Positions 36,261 to 50,144 of a stretch of DNA of 64,000 nucleotides are shown here, piece by piece. Made by a program: the position numbers and the translations under genes. Source of the DNA: Octopus sinensis (taxonomy: Eukaryota); the NCBI RefSeq assembly GCF_006345805.1, contig NC_042999.1, positions 15,500,001 to 15,564,000 of the forward strand, read 5' to 3'. Every line of letters begins with the position of its first letter. The first letter of the stretch is position 1. The notes under the pieces are model-generated. The model ran no database searches and was not told the DNA's origin. It saw nothing but the letters and a program-made list of their open reading frames with translations.

Positions 36261-38375
36261 ATAACACAAGACTCCTCATTGGAGTGGTGGTGTGTGGTAG
36301 TGTGGAGGAATAGAAAGAAGAGTGTTGAAATAGAGGGAAAGCATGGCTGTCTCAGGTGGGGAGAATTTGGAGAGAGGAGATGGTGATGGCAGTGGGCTGA
36401 GAATTTGAGAGAGTGAGAACATGAGATTGTGAAAGAAGAGAGGTAGACGGAGGGGAGAGTAATGAGTGGTAACAAGTAGAGAGAGGGGGTTTGGGAAAGA
36501 TATGTTGTGGGGAAAAGAATAAATTATCAATGGTAACACAAATAAATGTAGCTCACTGGAAGGTAGGGAGGCTCTGAAAGGGGTCTCAGGGAGTAGCATC
36601 CACCACATTTCTCGGGACCACTCATGTCTAGAAACTGAGGTTGGAGGTAAGCAAGGGCATGCTCCCCATAGAAAATCCAGCTTCAAGAAAGCCTCATGAT
36701 AACAAGGGAGAATGAGAATCCAGTGTGCATTTCCTCAGCATCCATGCATTGTTAATTAAAGAGAATAACGTCCAACAGTTGAGCAGATCTGGCTATAAGC
36801 TGAGTCTATGGCAAAGATTGATCCACTGCCTTCCTCTTTCAAGGAAGCGTGGGTTGTCTTAACCTGCGTGATAGCTATAAAAAATGAAGTTGCGTGGTGG
36901 ATTTATTTGAAAGGTTTTCTCTTAGACCAAACCCTTGAAAAGGCAGGTAGAAGTAGAATGCTTCTTTATTAGCCACACAGGGCTGAACACAGATGGGACA
37001 AATTACAAAGTAGAGCTTTTCTTTTGGGGAGAAAAAATAAAAAAACAAACTATCAATAGGGATCGTGTATCACAGAAATGTCATGATGTAAAGTGTAAAG
37101 GGGGAAGCAGATAAGGTTTATCCGTGGAAAGAAAAGCCTACGGAAAAGACCACGGTAACCTCGGTCAATAATGGTGGCAAAATGTGGGGAAAGACACTTG
37201 CAGTTGTTGCATCATGGTAATTCAGGCTGCGTTTAGGTGTGGTGATTTGAATCACCCTAAATGTTACCCTCCAATTTTGAGGGAATTGTTCCTGTGGTTT
37301 ATGTTATATATTACTATTGCTCTTTATTGATATTGATTTACTGATGCATCATCGTTATTTTCTGATCTTACCCTTTTACTCAACATAAACCCTTTACTGT
37401 TTCTTCTGATCTTCCTTTGTTCTTTAGATTTGTATTGTCTTCAACATCAGAGGCCTCTCTGGCCAATAAATGAAATCATTATAATTATTACTATTATCTA
37501 TCATGCATACATCATTAAAAAATTATTGTAAGACCAATTCTGATTTTTTAGATTCTATTTCAACTTTCGATTCATTAACAAAATTTTCCTTATAATTATA
37601 ACAGTTCATCTAGTCTTTAATGTCCCCTGTTTAATCTTTGCTTGCCTTTTCGTTAATGGAGGGAAAAATGTCAAAGTTATAGAGAAAAGAGCCAAAAACA
37701 ATACATTTTATTTACTATAATCTTTTTCTTCATTTAAGAATTTAATTATTTAATTTAAGCTCATTAAAAATAACCTTACTATAATCTTTCTCACCCACCA
37801 GCAATAGTTGACAGAAATACGAAAATATAAAATATAAAAAATTCTGATTGTGAAAGTAGAAACAACAATAACACATAATGTACCAACAGAAAGACAAAAA
37901 GAACCCCAGAATATTAACAATAATAACAACTATATTTCTAGTAGCATTGCCTACATAATAACAGCAACAGAGATAGTAGAATCAATGGAAAAATTAGAAG
38001 CTGTACGAGTACAAAGTAATTTTTGATCTCATGAAAAGGATCAAAATGAAGAAAAGAGATGGAGAAGATCAAACATCAAGCAAGTTTGGTAACTTTTAGA
38101 ATGGAAAAAGGCAAAAGGGCACAAAATATTCATTCTTTAGAATATGTGTGTGTGTTAATCTATGTAGGGTGTGAAGCTATTCCTATTTAGAAGAAGAAAA
38201 TTGTTTGAAAAATACTATCTCTTTTCATTGTGCACTTCACAAGTGGAGATAAGTAAAGATAGAAAAGATAACTACAATAACTGTATTTGATGACATAATA
38301 GATACAAGGACGTATTCACTGCACCCCATTTTCAGCCACACTTATTCAAGAAAAAAAAAATTGTTAGTGCATTAA

Positions 38376-38835
38376 CCCTTTTGTTAAGGAATTTATTTTG
38401 AGGTGCTCTGTGTTTCTTTCAATTACTTTAAATATAAGAAAGAATTTAGTAAAATAACTTAGTTATCCTTCAGCTGGTGTTAGGAACATAAATTGTGGCT
38501 AAGGTTTGATGGAAGATTTTAATTCAAAATTTATGAAAAACAAGACATTTGGACTCAGAGCCAGAGCTGGTTTCAGCAGAATTGGTATCAAAATTGTTAA
38601 AAATATCATGGTGACTTTCACTCTTTCGTTACCATATTTCTGTTGAGATGTTCTGTGTTTCTTTCTATTACTTTAAATATAACAAAGAATTTAGTAAAAT
38701 AATTTAGTTATCATTGAGCTAGTGCTAGGAACATAAATTGTGACTAAGGTTTGGTGGAAGATTTTAACTCAAAACTTATGAAGACATTTGTACTCAGAGC
38801 CAGAGCTGGTTCCAGCTGGGTTGGTAATGAAAGGC
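38376..38835. mobile_element. Two adjacent older copies of the same MITE (38376-38596, 38621-38835)
   Basis: Internal homology to 42161-42381; the first copy keeps TTAA at both ends. Confidence 0.75.
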
Positions 38836-39488
38836 TTGAAGCTTATGGGAGCCCAACGTCACATACAGGACCCAAGGTGAGTTTTTTTGAGACATATTTT
38901 GGGAAAAATAGTGTGTCTTATAAACCATCAAACGCAATAATTAAACCTCAGTACTCCAATAGAAGAATATCGCCTAATAATATATTATATGAACAAAAGA
39001 TGTACAACAATCAGCATTTGTGAAGTTTTAACATTCATGGAACATTGAATTCAAAAAGAAATTTGGGAAGGGTTATTGAGAAGTATTTGATCTGAGAGTC
39101 TCTCCAAAACAGAAATGGTTTGGTGTTTCAGTATCGGTTGTTGTCGACACCTGTAAAGTAACACTTGAGAACACACACTTTCAACCGTGTTTCCTTAAGT
39201 GTAAAACACAAGAGCATTGGTAGACAGTGACTGCTGGTGAGTGAGAGAGGTTATAGCAAGGTTATTTTTAATGTGCTTAAATTAAATAATTAAATTCTTA
39301 AATGAAAACAAAATTAAAGTAAATAAAATATATTGTCTTTTCTTTTTTTATATAACTCTTTTTCTTTATAACTTTGACATTTTCCTCCATTAATGAAAAT
39401 GAAAGCAAAGATTAAGCACTCAAAATGCAGAGGACATTAAAGAATGGATAGAATGTTATAATTGAAAGGAAAATAGCGCTAAGAAAGA

Positions 39489-39872
39489 GTTTCAGTCATT
39501 TGACTGTGGCCATGCTGGAGCACCGCTTTTAGTCGAAGAAATCGACCCCAGGACTTATTCTTTGTAAGCTTAGTACTTATTCTATCGGCCTCTTTTGCCG
39601 AACTGCTAAGTTACGGGAACGTAAACACACCAGCATCAGTTGTCAAGCGATGGGGAGGGGGGAGACAAACACAACACATAAACACACATATATATATACA
39701 TATATACGATGGGCTTCTTTCAGTTTCCATCTACCAAATCCCCTCACAAGGCTTTGGTCGGCCTGAGGATATAGTAGAAGACACTTGCCTAAGGTATTAC
39801 GCAGTGGGAATGAACCTGGAACCATGTGGTCGGTAAGCAAGCTACTTACCACACACCCACTCCTATGCCTAT
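39489..39872 (-). mobile_element. SINE family A
   Basis: Near full-length homology. Confidence 0.85.
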
Positions 39873-41127
39873 AAAGATGAAAACAATAATAACAAATACA
39901 ATAGCATCATTATCATCATCATCACCATCATCAAGAACAACAACAGTAATAATACTAAGGGTTCATAATAATAGCAGCAAAAAAAAAAAGATAATCCATA
40001 AGAAATGTAGATGAACTAAAGTAAAATATCATAACTGCTATTTTAGTGATATAACCAGTGACATTCTAATCTAAGAGGGGATAAACTGTAATGGGGAGAC
40101 AGTTTCTTCTTGTTGCAGTAGATGGAAGAGATGGTCGTCATATTTTATGAGGTCAAATAATCTCCATGAAGGATCCATCTAAGTAAAGTGATTTCCTGTG
40201 TATCTAAAGAAATGGGGAGAGTAGCAAAGAGTTCAAGGGGGAAAAAAGGAAAGCTAGAAATGCTTACCATCTACTACTGAAGACTAGGAAACAGCAGGAT
40301 AAAAGAGAGTGAAGCAGGTAGAGCAAGGAAAACATTAATGACAACTCTTGACTGACAGTCTTTCCAAGTAAGTATCCACTTTTAATCCAGGTAAAGGATT
40401 ATGAAAGATTGTATTCAAGACACAGCTTTTGCATAATCTCTTATCATTTGGTTAGAATGCATTAGGCATCAGTGAAAGCAAGCTTCCTAACCCACAGTCA
40501 CTGACGGTTCTACTACATGACTATGAATGTTCTGTTTATTAGGTCATGCATTGTAATCCACATCAAATGGTCAGAGAGGGTTTGCAAAGGGATTAGATTG
40601 ACAACCAGAACCGAGATAACAGGCTGGATACAATTCAATTACAAAATGGGTCAGAATAAGTATTCATTCAGGTAACTGCCAAAATTTCTGAGGGTATACA
40701 AATGAGGGGCTCATTAATGTTAGTGTGGGTATAGAATAGCTTTCAAGAAACACACTGAAATTGTGAGGAGATACCAGATAAAACATGTGAGACTAAAATG
40801 CTTCTTATAAATTATTGTTTGGCAAATGATAAATCGATTATTGATGTATGCCACCATGACATGTTAAAACCATAGTGAGTCAACTATGAGGCATTTAGAT
40901 AAGGTGCTGATTAGTTTAATGGTAAAGGTTGAATACACCATATACTCATTGTTAAGGTGGTGCCAGTTGTGATCACCTATTGGAGCCAATGTCCTTCTAT
41001 ATGGTTGTTGGAACTGCTAAAAGCAGCATGTGAAATATTCCTCAAATTAAACCCACCATCCTGAAAAGGAGAGAACACATTGAATAATGCAGTTCTGCAC
41101 ATTAAAGAAGAGATAGTCATGGCTGGA

Positions 41128-41272
41128 ATGCATATGATTGTAATTAGTTTATGATTACAGATGTTAACTAAATAATTACTATCATTCACATTGAAGTTTT
41201 CCATAGCTTGGCAATTAATCCCAAAATTCTTGCAGTATTTTTAACCAATTTTACAGCCCTAATCACTTTTCT
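41128..41272. repeat. ~145-bp direct repeat, second copy at 43167-43312
   Basis: tgtaattagtttatgattacagatgtt…ttttacagccctaatca present twice, about 2,040 bp apart, roughly 90% identical. Confidence 0.88.
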
Positions 41273-41356
41273 GGAGATAAACAACAAGACACTGGACACT
41301 GGTCTTCTATAAAGTAATAATGTTTCCAGACACGTATCTTGGTTAGTGAAGTTCAA

Positions 41357-41562
41357 TATCGGGCGAAATGCGTAGCCATATTTTGTCTGCTGTTACATTC
41401 TGAGTTCAAATTCCGCCGAGGTCGACTTTACCTTTCATCCTTTTGGGGTCGATAAATTAAGTACCAGTTACACACTGGGGTTGATATAATCGACTTAATC
41501 CGTTTGTCTGTCCTCGTTTGTCCTCTCTGTGTTTAGCCCCTTGTGGGTAGTAAAGAAATATA
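41357..41562 (+). mobile_element. SINE family C, tail type 1, 5'-truncated
   Basis: Homology to 33376-33603. Confidence 0.82.
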
Positions 41563-42160
41563 TTTCTAACAAAGAAAACAAATTTGGAAATAAGAAATTT
41601 TTCAGTAGGTAATTACCATGAAGACAAATTATGAAAATAAGAAATGAAGAAAAAAAAAACAAGAAAAAAAAGACCAGTCATAAAAGTCAACACCAGCAGC
41701 TTACTGCACCTCTCAAGAGAAGAATCTGTCACAGTACCAAGTTTCCAAAGGTATTTGGTATCTGTTTAAAATAATGATATATTCAAATACACCAGTTTTA
41801 TGCTTGCCCAAGTGTAATGTTGACCTGGTGACATTTTTAGTCTTATGATTCAATATAGAAGTAAGAAAAGCATTTACACAAAGTACATTGGAAACCTTTT
41901 GTATGTAGTTGATATTTGTTCTAAGTAGCCTCCTTAGACACATGCAAAATAAGGTGATTGATTAAACAGCTAAGATAACTTCCAACCAAAATGCCACATC
42001 AAGATCTACATTTTGTTGACTAAGTGAAGGGGGTTGTGCAGGATAAACAATGGGGGAACTAATAGCTTTTCTTAAGATAACATGTTCAAGAGAGAAGCAT
42101 GAATGACCACAAATCAGATTCATTTTGCATGCTTTTCATTTGAAAATTGTGTTGTCTTAA

Positions 42161-42381
42161 CCCTTTCATTACTGTATTTATTTTGAGATGCTCTGTGTTT
42201 CTTTCAATTACTTTAAGCATAACATAGAATTTAGTACAATAACTTAGTTATCATTTAGCTAGTGTTAGGAACATAAATTGTGATTTAGGTTTGGCGGAAG
42301 ATATTAATTCAAAACTTATGAAAACCAAACATTTGTACTACAGAGCCCGAACCGGTTTCAGCCGGGTTGATAATGAAAGGG
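42161..42381. mobile_element. piggyBac-type MITE (221 bp)
   Basis: TTAA-CCCTTTCATTA…TAATGAAAGGG-TTAA. Confidence 0.85.
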
Positions 42382-42688
42382 TTAAGGAAAATCTAACTTA
42401 TAGCAATGATACAGGAAAGTAGCTGCAGATCTGCAAACAATATCATCCTTATTATGTCAGTTAAACTTAGAAATCGGTGAAAGCATTTGGGTTAGAGGAT
42501 GGTGTATTGGGATCATGATCATAGGGTCATGGGTTCAGTTCTTGGACTAGGTAGCACATCGTGTCCTTGAGCAAAGAGCTTCATTTCCTGTTGTTTTTGT
42601 CTACTTAGCTACGGAATACAAGTCTAGAGCTGGTGATGCTTCCTCTTCTACCATCTGTCACAACTTTGATATTCTGTTGGAGTCAAGG

Positions 42689-42741
<53 letters not shown>

Positions 42742-43142
42742 CGAGTGAGATCGTTGCCAGAGCAACAAGCTGGCCTTCGTGCCGATGGCATGTTAAACAC
42801 ACCATTCAAGTGTGATCGTTACCTGCGTCGCCTTACTAGCACTTGTGCTGGTGGCACGTGAAAAAAAAAAACATTCGAGCGAGGTCGTTGCCAGTGCCGC
42901 TGGACTAGCTCCTGTGCAGGTGGCACATAAAAAGCACCATTTGAGTGTGGCTGTTTCCAGTACTACCAAACTGGCACGTAAAAGCACCCACTACATGCTC
43001 GGAGTGGTTGGCATTAGGAAGGGCATCCAGCTGTAGAAACTCTGCCAGATCAGACTGGAGTCTGGTTCGCCAGACCTCAGTCAAATCATCCAACCCATGC
43101 TAGCATGGAAAGCGGATATTAAACGATAATGATGATGATGAT
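42742..43142 (+). mobile_element. RTE 3'-tail element (family B)
   Basis: Family B tail with about four hairpin units. Confidence 0.8.
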
Positions 43143-43829
43143 ATATATATATATATTTGTGTATGTATGCATATTAGCTGTAATTAGTTTATGATTACAG
43201 ATGTTGACTAAATAATTACTATCATTCACATTGAAATTTTCCACGCCTTGGCAATTAATCTCCAAATTCTTGTAGTATTTTTAACCAATTTTACAGCCCT
43301 AATCATTTTTCTAAACGTTTCTAAATCACAAAATAGAAAAAATTGTGTTTTGGCCTTCATACTCATTCATCAACATCTTGTTCTGACACTTCTATTAGCT
43401 GTGATAACAAGTGTGTCCATATTCTTCCAGAAACATTTTTCATTAATGATATCCCATTTCCTCTGACACACAAGATATCAATACGAGTTCACACTTCTTA
43501 TTCTTTTGATGTACATCATTCACAAATCTTCTAATCTATTTTTTTTTCTTACCACCAAATAAACCTGATGAATGTTGTCATACCTAGAATCTTACGATGA
43601 CGTAGTCTCTTCTAAGTTTCAAAATATTTATTTTATCTGGTTTGCGATGCTAATACATCATCTTATTAGCAACTGTCTAAATAAACCTATGAACCACATC
43701 CCTCAGAGAAAACTTGAAGAGCTTAATTCAATCATACACTGTAATGTTTGGATGTGTAAAGCAAAATCAAGAGTCAAATAAAGGCAACATTTGCTAGCTG
43801 TACTGATATACTTGCTACATATATATTAT

Positions 43830-44460
43830 CTGACAATGTTCAGTGGAATATTGAGACATAGACAAATTTACCTATCTGAGTAGCAGCATCAGTAACCATG
43901 GTGATATTGAGACTGACGTCACTCAAGGAACTGGCAAAGCTATGGCCATACGCCAGAGAATATGTGCTCTCTGATCTTCCAACATTGTTGATTTACCTAC
44001 AATGCTCTGACTCAATATTATCGAAGTTCTACCTAGAGTTCTCTATGCCAGTGAGACATGGAAGAGCACCATCAAAAATCGACAGAAGCTAGATGTTTTC
44101 CACCCAAAATGCATGAGAAAGATTTTGAGAATGTACTGGGAAGACCATGTAACAATGAGGTTATTCTAAAGAGAGTCAACGCAAAACCATTTTGGAAAAT
44201 CCTCACTAAAGGAAGATTAAAACTAGCAGGTTACATACTGTGGCTGTCAGAACAATGCCATTCTAAAATGGCTTTCAAATGGACACCAGAGGAAAGAAAA
44301 AGAGAGGAAGACTGAAAACTATGTTGCACAGAATATTCACAATTGACATAAGAGAGGCGAATAGCACATGACTGGATACAAAGAAAACCACGACCACCGA
44401 GAAACCAGTGCAGTTGACTTGCTGCTCAATGTGTTGGAAAGCACAGGAAGAATTAAACTG
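43830..44460 (+). mobile_element. Degraded RTE LINE 3' ORF fragment
   Basis: NNEVILKRVNAKPFWKILTKGRLKLAGYILWL...KMAFKWTPEE resembles the RTE C-terminal R.L.W.GH...W.P motif. Confidence 0.7.
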
Positions 44461-44837
44461 AAGGCTTCAGTGTTTGAATCTAGTAAAACATTCAACTGGA
44501 ATCTTAATGTCTCAGAGATCTGCTTGAATAGAAGTGACAAAATCTTTAAAAGAAACAGATGCAACGACAACCAGAGCAAATACACTGAAACATGACGTAT
44601 TTGGTGAGCTTCATTTTGTGAGTTGGTTCACAAATAATTAAAATGTTTCTCGTATTTCACAGATGTGTTTAAAAACCACTGACTGCCAAAAGTAAAAATG
44701 AAACTTCTGGCTCATGTAGCTGGTAATGCCTCTTAGAACTGATATCCTTATAAACTGCATAAAATGAAAGTAGAACTTATAAAGAAGACAATGATTTTTA
44801 ATTGAGAAACATTGAGCACTTTATTACTATATAATAC

Positions 44838-45122
44838 ATCATCATCATCGTTTAACGTCCGCTTTCCATGCTAGTATGGGTTGGAGGATTTGACTGAGGA
44901 CTGGCGAACCAGATGGCTGCACCAGGCTCCAATCTTGATCTGGCAAAGTTTCTACAGCTGGATGCCCTTCCTAATGCCAACCACTCCGAGAGTGTAATGG
45001 GTGCTTTTATGTGCCACCAGCACGAGGGCCAGTCATGCAGTACTGGCAATGGCCATGCTCAAATGGTGTTTTTTTATGTGCCACCTGCACAGGAGCCAGT
45101 CCAGTGGCACTGGCAACGACCT
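44838..45122 (-). mobile_element. RTE 3'-tail element (family B)
   Basis: Reverse-complement copy. Confidence 0.8.
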
Positions 45123-46641
45123 TGCTCCTTTGTTTGAATTGATTTTATAAAAAAAAAGGAATTTAGTAAAACTGGTGTTTGGAACACAAATTCGTTGGAA
45201 GATTTTAATTTAGATCCCTTTAGAACATAAAGTTTGTATCACAATCAGAGGTGGTTTTGGGCTTAGAGGCAGTAAAAAAGGTAAAGGTATGAAAGATATT
45301 CACTAAGACAAACATGTTTGCAAAAATATTTGATTATATAAACAAATAGCTGATTGTATAAACACCAGAGTATACAGCATTACAGCATTACAAAAACCAT
45401 GCTGATTGCTTTTTCTATCAAGTATATTTTAGATAATTATTCTTTAATGTACTTCAGAGTTGAAATTTTGAATAGCTGTGTAGTAAGTAATTAAAAAGAA
45501 AAGAAAAGAAAAAAATCCCCTCTAATTAGATTGTTTTATTTAAACATTTTAAAACTACAATTCTGAAAGTTATATTGATGTTTTTTTTTTTTTATATAGC
45601 AAAGGTTTCTAGAATAAAGAAATTTACTTTTCTTTTCTTTATAAAGTAAATAATTCTTAATTGTGATTCTCATCTCAACAATCTTATGATTGATGAGGAA
45701 CAAACTCACAGTTTTCTTTAAAACTCTTGAACTATTTTTCTTTCATCTTTTCAATACAGCTTGATATAATAATGATGACCTAATGTTTCATATTTTATTC
45801 AATTAGAGAAACACAGCAAAATAAATTAAGCATTATAATTAATTAAACTTGCAATATATAATGAATGAAACTAATATGTAAGAGATCTAAGATGTCTATA
45901 TTAGATAATTTAGAAAATAGAAAGCTGTTTATAGAGTTTCTTAAGAGTGCTACTGAAATCTCATATGTTTAATACATGAGAGATTCAAATCTGTCTCCAA
46001 CATATTCATTCTTATTGATTAAGGAGAGTCCTATATACTTTTGATTTATGATAGTAGCAGGTTCTTTATTTGGAATTTAACCAACTAATGCAACCGAATC
46101 TAATACAGAAATAAGAGAATATGTGCTGGAAGAAAATGTTTATAATCTGATGGGTAATTCACCGACAAAAAGGGAACTAGTTAATTGTAAAAGTGTACTC
46201 TAAGGAGATAGAATATAATGTAAATCAACAATAGCTAGCTGGGAAGAGAAAGGATGGTTTGGTAGTAAGTGTCTTTCTGAAGTATGAATTATAAGCAACT
46301 TGGGAGATTGTATTTTTTGAATTGAAATACTAACATGAACAGATCTGCTCTTCAGTTCTGTGGGCTCCAGTAAAAGGAATTCTACCTCTAGCCAAGAATA
46401 TAATATTCAGACATTTTCTTTAAATAACATGGAAACAAGAGAATGGTTATAAATGCCAACAAAGGATAGAAGCAGAATTGTCAAAAGCTAAAATAAAAAT
46501 GTACAATAAGAAAATAAAAATAAGAAAGGCATGTTATGCGGCAATGTCTGAGAGTGGATGGATCAGAAAGGAATAAAAGAGACATAACAAAAGAAGACTA
46601 TTATGTTAAAAGGGAAGTGAGGATACTGGGTTGAGAGAGAG

Positions 46642-46713
<72 letters not shown>

Positions 46714-47499
46714 GTTTTAGTAATGAAGAGAAGAGAAAGAAATGTGAAAGAAATAATTGTGCATAGGAGATTGAATATATTACAAAAGACCACAGAATCA
46801 CAAAGTAAAATACTTAATATCTTAGATCTAATAAGTCATGGCTATAATATGGATTTAAGAAAAACCTTTTACATCATTAGTATGCAAGAACAAAGGTAGA
46901 AATAAGATCAGCTTTATTTCTTTTTCCTAGAAATAAGCTGCAAAGGATAGAATAAAGTAGAGATACAGTATAATTTTCTATTTCTGAAGAGCAGAGATAA
47001 TTATAATAGTGGTATAAACACTTTCAAGAATTGAATATTTTGCAGTAAGCAAGAGTTTGTTGATCTGGCTGTGATATTTTTGTTATTGTCTTAGATGCCA
47101 GTAATCAGAGGTGGACTGCTATTTTCTATCTAGGATCAATCACTGTTCTGGTGTGTGGATCCTAATTTTACTGTTAAAGAAATGAACATGACAACAGATG
47201 TCTGTAGGATGTGCAGTGAATAAAAGGAAACAGTTTGTTATAAACTATCTGGGGATAAGTAAGACACTGGGAAGAGTACATGGGAAATATATGGAAACTT
47301 TGGTGATCTTATTAGTAGCAGGGACAAAGAAAAGGGGGGATTAGTAAGAAGAGAAAAAGAAAAAGAATTATACAGTGACATAAGACAAGTTAGGATATGA
47401 GGAACTGTAAAAGAGAAGAAGGAAAGTAAATGGTGATGGAAGCTAAAACAGTACATGCTAAGAAGCCAGAAAGAGAAAATCAGATTTAATTTTAGGATG

Positions 47500-47690
47500 G
47501 ATTATTGATATAAGCTGTTCAGAAGAGAAATAAATTCAAGGAAAGTAGAGATAAACTGGAAGCAGACCAGTATCTAACTTTTGAGCAGAATAAAAGCAAG
47601 AATGAACGTGGTAAAGATTGTGCCAATAGTGATTGGCAGCATAGGTAACGAAATGGCAGAGGTTGACAGCAAGTGAGCAAGATGATTAAC
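47500..47690 (+). mobile_element. Decayed RLE-type LINE endonuclease fragment
   Basis: KIVPIVIGSIG motif. Confidence 0.45.
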
Positions 47691-47933
47691 AGAAAGAGAA
47701 GGAAGAAAAAGGAAAAAAAAAACAAAAAACAAAAAAAAAACGGTGTGGAATTATATTAGCAGACACAGAAACATTGACGTATAAATGTGAAATGATGATG
47801 AGAAAGATATTGTTGAAAGTTGTCCAAATAGTTGAAGGGTTAACAAACATTTTGTAATCTGGTATTGTCTGATCAATAGTGGTTAAATGATACAAGATCA
47901 ATAATATTATTATTATGTCAGAAATCAATCTTC

Positions 47934-48417
47934 TTCTTCTTCTTCTTCTTCTTCATCCTCTCCTTCCTCTTCTTCATCCGCTTCTTCTTCTTTTTCTTCC
48001 CCTTCTTCTTCTTCTTCATCTTCTCCTTCCTCTTCTTCATCCGCTTCTTCTTCTTTTTCTTCTTCTTCATCCTCTCCTTCCTCTTCTTCATCTGCTGCTG
48101 CTTCTTCTTCTTCATCCTCTCCTTCCTCTTCTTCATCTGCTGCTGCTGCTTCTTCTTCTTCATCTGCTGCTTCTTCTTCTTCTTCATCCTCTCCTTCCTC
48201 TTCTTCATCTGCTGCTGCTGCTTCTTCTTCTTCATCCTCTCCTTCCTCTTCTTCATCTGCTTCTTCTTCATCATCCTCTGCTTCTTCTTCTTCTTCATCC
48301 TCTTCTTTTCCTTCTTTTTCTTTTTCTTCCTTTTCCTTTTCTTTTCTTCTTCTTCTTACTATTATTATTATCATTATCATTATCAGTAGCAGTAGTAGTA
48401 GTAGTAGTAGTAGCAGC

Positions 48418-48454
<37 letters not shown>

Positions 48455-48455
48455 A
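47934..48455. repeat. Compound trinucleotide minisatellite (TTC/TCA/GCT units, then ATT and AGT)
   Basis: Units tcttcttcatcctctccttcctcttcttcatc(gct)n. Confidence 0.9.
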
Positions 48456-48853
48456 CATCATTATATTTTTTCACAGTTTCATGCAGTTACTGATGCACTA
48501 TCAGGTATTTTTGAAACTTGTGCAGAAAATGTGTTTTGTTTTTGTGATGTGCAGTGGTGCTTTTTGTTAAATGTTTCACTTTGTTTTGAGGTTTGTTTTG
48601 TTTTGTTTTGTTTTCTTCTTTCTGATATCGCTTTGTGTTTCCTCTGTTTGTTTTTCTTTTGTGTATATGCGTTGTGTTGTTGTGTTCATTTACAGAATAA
48701 CGACTGTGTGACTTGAGCAGAAAATATATTTTGTGAGTGGTACTCGTGAATTGATAGTCTTTTGCATAGGATGTGGGTAGTCTGCCTGTCAGGGCTATTT
48801 CTTAGTCTATTTCTAAAGGCTTTGGTATTAGATTGTGTCTAAAGGTGTAGCAT

Positions 48854-49268
48854 TACTCCTTTACTCTTTTACTTGTTTCAGTCATTTGACTGTGGCCATT
48901 TGACTAAAGCACCACCTTTAGTCGAGCAAATTGACCCTAGGACTTATTCTTTCTAAGCCTAGTACTTATTCTATCAGTCTCTTTTGCCGAACCACTAAGT
49001 TACAGGGATGTAAACACACCAGCATCGGTTGTCAAGTGATGTTGGTGGAGGGGACAAACACAGACACACAAACATATACACACATACGTATATATATACA
49101 TATAAATGACAGGCTTCTTTCAGTTTCTGTCTACCAAATCCACTCACAAGGCTTTGGTCGGCTCGAGGCTATAGTAGAAGACACTTGTCCAAGGTGCCAC
49201 ACAGTGGTACTGAACCCAGAACCATGTGGTTGGTAAGCAAGCTTCTTACCACACAGCCATTCCTATGC
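48854..49268 (-). mobile_element. SINE family A
   Basis: Full-length homology. Confidence 0.85.
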
Positions 49269-49399
49269 ATTGATGTTGTTTCTATCATTTTTCTTTTTTA
49301 TTGCTTCCATATTTTCCAGCTAGATCTGTGGGCTGTCAGGGTTGTGTTGTGACTCTCATCCATGCTATTCAGTGTCTGCATGGTCTAGATTCTTGGCTA

Positions 49400-49808
49400 A
49401 ACGGTGGCTTGATCAAATTGTGATGCACTTATTGGTGAAACTACGATTACTGACCTGAATTTTGTTGATAACAGTTATTCTTACTGTGTCACTGGATGTC
49501 TTAAGGAGTGCTTTCCTATCACTGTGTGATGAAGCAGAGTTGTTTAACCTTAGAGTTTCTTGGGTAAGAAAAAAAAAAGATCTAATCATTTGTTGGCTTC
49601 CTTAGGGACTCCATCTCATCTGTCTCTGTTGAGAGTGAGAATGTCAAAGTTGTTGATCACTTCACTTATCTTGTCACTGTGATCCTTAACAGCATTAACT
49701 GCAAGTCCAAAGTCTTAAAAAGACTTGGACATGCTGATGCAGTTATGGACTCACTGAACAAAAGAGTTTGGTACTGCTTATATCTGAGCAGGAGGACAAA
49801 GGTTCAAA
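49400..49808 (+). mobile_element. Degraded RTE LINE RT fragment
   Basis: ITDLNFVDN (like DLDFADD) and ENVKVVDHFTYL; SKVLKRLGHA...SLNKRVW...LSRRTKVQ. Confidence 0.75.
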
Positions 49809-49809
49809 T

Positions 49810-49905
49810 ACATTATTTACATTATTTACATTTGATCAATATTTGTCCTCATCTTGTTTGTTGTTAACACAACGTTTCAGCTGATATACCCTCCAGTCTT
49901 GATGT
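49810..49905 (-). mobile_element. Penelope-like pLTR fragment with a decayed hammerhead
   Basis: Minus strand GACUG-GAGGGUAUAU-CAGCU-GAA-ACGU-U; the 5' core is lost. Confidence 0.45.
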
Positions 49906-49976
49906 TATTATTATTACTATTATTATTCAGGTCATTGAACAACAACAACAACAATATATATATATAGATATATATA

Positions 49977-50144
49977 TACGATGGGCTTCTTTCAGCTTCC
50001 ATTTACCAAATCCACTCACAAGGCTTTGGTCGGCCCGAGGCTATAGTAGAAGACACTTGCCCAAGGCGCCATGCAGTGGGACTGAACCTGGAATCATGTA
50101 GTTCGTAAGCAAGCTACTTACCACACAGCCACTCCTGTGCCTAT
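49977..50144 (-). mobile_element. SINE family A, head half
   Basis: Begins at the central (TA)n. Confidence 0.8.

Noticed and set aside
40266-40340. Minus-strand hydrophobic stretch before gtaagc, as a possible signal-peptide exon
   Set aside because: Phase 2, incompatible with the phase-1 start of the 29177 exon, and lies in decayed LINE-like sequence.
47915-48493. Poly-Leu, poly-Lys and acidic ORFs (178-192 aa), one resembling a signal peptide plus acidic tail
   Set aside because: All frames are open because of trinucleotide repeats; no convincing splice sites or complexity.
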